Below, piece by piece: positions 35,740 to 39,799 of a stretch of 39,799 nucleotides of DNA. The notes beneath the pieces are model-generated. The model saw only the letters and a program-made list of their open reading frames with translations. It did no database searches and had not been told where the DNA came from. Position 1 is the stretch's first letter; every line of letters starts with the position of its first letter. Position numbers and translations under genes: made by a program. This stretch comes from Octopus bimaculoides (taxonomy: Eukaryota). The DNA lies in assembly GCF_001194135.2 (NCBI RefSeq), contig NC_068998.1, positions 32,486,666 to 32,526,464 on the forward strand, written 5' to 3'.

Positions 35740-36650
35740 TGTAGATGTATTGTGCAACATACATAGAACAATTAAACTTAGCTTGCAGTTAGATTAGTCC
35801 CCTTTGCCAAGCAGTAAAAATATGTTTCTTGCTTATGTTTGCCTCATCAAAGATTAATGTTTGGTTCGAGAGCTATTATTTGTAAAACAATTCGAAATAG
35901 GTACAAATGGTGAGTTAGTATTTCATCTTTGATCAAAGGCAGGACATCATCGATTGAAGGTTGTCAAAGCTGCTTCATTAGTTTTTTGAAAGAGTTATGC
36001 CTAGCATGTTTAGTGCACACTCTATAATCCACAAACAACATTTGGTTGCAAATAACCTATGTGGCATGCTAAATAAATCGTTGAGCACTGTTGTCACAGT
36101 AGTAAATAGAATCAAGGTATACACTCTCTTAATTTCCCACTGTTTCAAAAGCCCTGTACTAAAAACAATAAAGACTTTAAGCATTTATTGTTGCACACAG
36201 AAGTTCAATGGCTGTCAAAGGGTAAGTTTCTATTCCCTTTTTAAAACAGCTGTTGACTTCTGTTCTTTGTGATGAACCAAGAAACATGAAGCATGACATT
36301 GCTTATATGGCAAATATATTCATGAAGTTCAAAGAAATTAATTTGCAACTGCAGGGAAATGAAGTGAAACCTTATCAAAGTAAAATCAACCCTCTCCCTG
36401 TTTCTGTCCAAGGTATAGCTTTTCAAATGTAACATAAGCTATCATTAGTTCTTCCAATTTCTGAGCCTATCTGAATCGGTGATGGAACAACGCATACCAG
36501 AAAATGTGATCCAAATGTGCTATTCACACTGAGATATGTCAGACAAATTTCATGATATTTATTTTTTAATTAAAATATCAGTCTGGGTCATTCCTAGATA
36601 CCAGTAATGAGGTAACAAGAATATTGGAACAAGAACTGGTTTCACTTTAA
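35740..36650 (+). mobile_element. hAT (Buster/Charlie-type) transposase pseudogene, part 1
   Basis: SLQLD*S...FLAYV; HSIIHKQHLVANNL...VVNRIK; LLLHTEVQWLSKG; DIAYMANIF...INLQLQG; ends LEQELVSL. Confidence 0.88.
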
Positions 36651-38855
36651 CTCATTCCTCAGTAACTTTTTTTGGAGAAAATGTTTCATTTTCAGACGAA
36701 TGTTTTTATTGCTTTTTTTATAGTATTTTTAATGCTGTTTATGGAAATAACTTTTGTTTTTATCTATTTCCTATATTTTACTTGAAATTTTATTTTGAAG
36801 ATACCATATTCAGCAAAAACGAGATAACTCATCTTCCCATATTTTTTTATATTTCTTTTATTTATTGCTTTTTTCCCAACTTTATCATCAAAAGTAAAGG
36901 AGAATTACACATTTATTTCAGTCTTTTTTTAGCATGTCTTTTCAAAAATCTTTTTTTATATATATTTGTCTTTTCAATTTTCATAAAAAGTAAATGTAAA
37001 TAAAATCCTGTACTTATTTTATCTTTTATTTTACCTCATCTTCCCATACATATATACTATACATATATCGTGATTCCTTCCTGGCTGGTTTCCCTCTATT
37101 GTCACATTTCAGACAACATACAGCACATTTTCTTGTTGAATTTGTCTTCTTTTTTGTTGTTCGGATTTCCATTGGAAAATGTCCTGGTGTAAAATGCAAA
37201 CATCCTGGTGAAGTCAAAGGTCTCCATACTACTTTAGTAGATTGTAAATCTGCCCAATATTCTGCGATGGTATCTCGTATTATCTGCATACAAAATTTCA
37301 AGTGTATGAAGGCTTTTTTACTGCCTCAGCGACTGCTACATTGTACAATATGTAAGAATTCCATACCACAAGATCGATCAAATGAAAGAAGACTTTCTTG
37401 TAATATTTCTTACCCCATTTTCTTGTGATAGGATAATCTACTAGTTGTTGGTTCACCTTGTCAAATCCACCCATTGTAAAATTGTATTCATATACAACTG
37501 TTGGTTTCTTCACAGGCCCTTGTCTTATCTCAACATCCTTCATAGTGGGGTTGTGAATGGTTGAAAGCATCACAACATCCTTCTTGTCCTTCCAACAAAG
37601 AGTCATTATCTTACATCTCTGACATGTTGCAACTTTACCTTTTTTCAATTTTGCTCTTTTCAGCTGTTCAGACACTTCCTTTCTATTCAAATGGAGAGTT
37701 CCATAAATATCAATGTAGTGACTAACCAGAGTATCAGCTTATTGTGGACTAGTGTAAAGGTTATCCACAGTAACACAATAACTACCAAGTAAAAGCTTCA
37801 TCAGAGACAACACATCACGAGAATTCATGGGATATTCACTACATTCAAAATCAAACTGTGTTCCTTAGCCAACATAAATGATTATTCTGTACACATTTCC
37901 AGTCTTTGCTTCACACACAAAAAAAAAAAAATACTTCACTTCAAACCTCCTCCTTTTTAGAGGTATGTACTGCACCCATCCTAACCTTCCCTCGAACAGC
38001 ATAAGGCTTTCATCTATAGATAAATCTTGGTTAGGGGTATAACACTTCGTAAAGTTCTCACTAAACATCATAAACACATCATAAACTTTATACAATTTTA
38101 GGTTGGGATGTGTTTCGGCCTCAAAAGTTTCATTATTCACAAAATGAAGATATTGTTTTATCTTATTATGGCATTTCAAGTTGATCAGCTTCCAGAAAAT
38201 TGGCCTTTCAAGTAGTTCATCTTTCGACCAGTTCATTTCTTGATCTGCCATTTTCACAATACTCCCAAGCATTTTCAAGGTGAAAAACACACAAATTTCT
38301 GCCTTTGTTACAGGGTGCTACATGCAATCTCTTTCTCCAGTTTGTTCTGCAAAGCAATTAGTTTCATCCACAACTCGATCAATAATTCTGTTGTCACTAA
38401 AAAGACTAAAAAATCCAAAGGAATCATATCAGCTGTGTTTTGATCAATTGATATTCCAAGATTTCCAGTGAATGGGAAGTGTGGTGGTGGAGGAAGTATG
38501 CATTCTTCCAACACCACATGTTGACACCATAAATTCTTCCTCCTCCTCCTCCTCCTCCTCCTCCTCACTTGAGAGGAAATAGCCATTATTAGACAAGCTT
38601 GCACTCTCATCTGATGTATCCAAGCTTCTAATAGCAGGTTCATACTCATTGTTATCTTCTGAGCTCGACATCTGGGTGTAATTTGTAAAAAAAACAAAAA
38701 AAAATTTTTTTAAATGTGAGAAATGTCATGAATTGACGTATAAACTCATCTGTGGTTGTTTTTGAAATTATATGTTTTGGACGAGTTTACTCATCATACT
38801 CTGAAAAAAACAAATTGGGTGAAGACAAGTTAACTCATCTTTGCCAGGTTAGGGG
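36651..38855 (-). mobile_element. piggyBac (PGBD4-like) transposon, near full length, degenerate, flanked by TTAA
   Basis: TTAA at 36647-36650 and 38856-38859. Acidic N-terminus, DLSIDESLMLFEGR...QYIPLKR, VTVDNLYTS, YNFTMGGFDKVNQ, partial Cys-rich RKCAVC...RKESRY. Confidence 0.93.
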
Positions 38856-39368
38856 TTAAAATGACATTGAGCTGAGGCCAAAGTATAAAAAAATCATGTT
38901 AGAATTTTTGATTGCAAAAGGACATTACTGATTGCTATCTTGCACTGTGGAACAAAGGCAAGATGTACTTCATTGTCTTCCTGACATCATATTTTGTAGA
39001 GTGAGGCTTCAGTACAGCTGCCCAAATTCTTTCAAGCCAAGAAACAGACTAAAAATTATTGAACATTGAGGTCTAAGACTACTTCTTAGTAACTTTTAGC
39101 CTGATTTCAAGAAGCTGATATCCCAGCAAAATGTACAGCCATTGCATTAAAAATATGAAAACAACATAGTTACAGGTGAAATGTAAATTTACTCTTTCAC
39201 ATTGTAAAATCAATAAAATAATGGATTAATTATATTAAGTTTTATTTGTGAAATACAATCGCTTTGAATTCATGTTTGTGGTGGTGGTGATGTGTGTGGG
39301 GTGGTGGTGCTAGGAATGTGGCCTAGGTGCCAAGGTGACAGCAGTTCCAAAAAGTTTGGAAACAACTG
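38856..39368 (+). mobile_element. hAT (Buster-type) transposase C-terminus and right TIR, part 2
   Basis: NDIELRPKYKK...LWNKGKMYFIVFLTSYFVE*GFS...QPLH* (stop at 39148-39150). TIR aaaaagtttggaaacaactg ends at 39368, followed by ctcTAtat (Buster-type nnnTAnnn). Confidence 0.85.
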
Positions 39369-39519
39369 CTCTATATAGGTAACTATTTATAGGCATGCAT
39401 AAAATATAGACAGAATATGAACGTTAATACAGGTTGTATATGACAGACCATAAAGAAACTAGATAGGAAAAAGGAGGACGGAGACATAAAAAGTGACTAA
39501 AACCAAATCTACAGAAAGA

Positions 39520-39521
39520 GA

Positions 39522-39589
<68 letters not shown>

Positions 39590-39612
39590 TAGAGAGAAAG
39601 AGAGAGAGAGAG

Positions 39613-39652
<40 letters not shown>
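39520..39652. repeat. (GA)n(GT)n microsatellite
   Basis: Seen directly. Confidence 0.97.
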
Positions 39653-39656
<4 letters not shown>

Positions 39657-39799
39657 AAAGGCCTTTTGCAAAGTTGTAAGACTGTCCAACATAAAGAGTC
39701 GTCAGATTGACAAATTAGCAGGTTAGTACATTTGGAAACATTGATATAACATGGATATAATCTCTAATGTGTATGCATATATATATATATATATATATA

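Noticed and set aside
1-39799. CRISPR arrays, rRNA, true tRNA genes, prokaryotic operons
   Set aside because: None seen. The tRNA-like boxes belong to SINE heads, and the tandem repeats lack unique spacers.

Overview
AT-rich, CpG-depleted, microsatellite-dense eukaryotic DNA with two assembly gaps (9235-9461, 34806-35209). The SINE families and repeat landscape look like an octopus genome; this is recognition from memory, not verified by search. No complete host gene is visible, and most listed ORFs are microsatellite or transposon artefacts. Recognisable elements: a young L1/Tx1 RT fragment at the left edge, RTE and R4/Dong LINE remnants, three mariner derivatives, one DD37D (maT) element, a piggyBac nested in a Buster-type hAT, and many tRNA-derived SINEs. 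Most interesting observations: (1) four degenerate minimal type-I hammerhead ribozyme motifs of the Penelope-LTR kind, one inside a 365-bp foldback and two sharing a non-canonical UCGA core; (2) an RTE LINE with twin-priming-like 5' inversion geometry; (3) a telomeric (TTAGGG)5 tract replacing part of a SINE body; (4) a SINE-in-SINE insertion with two levels of target-site duplication; (5) a mariner built from two 5' ends. A few weak candidate host exons are flagged but unconfirmed.
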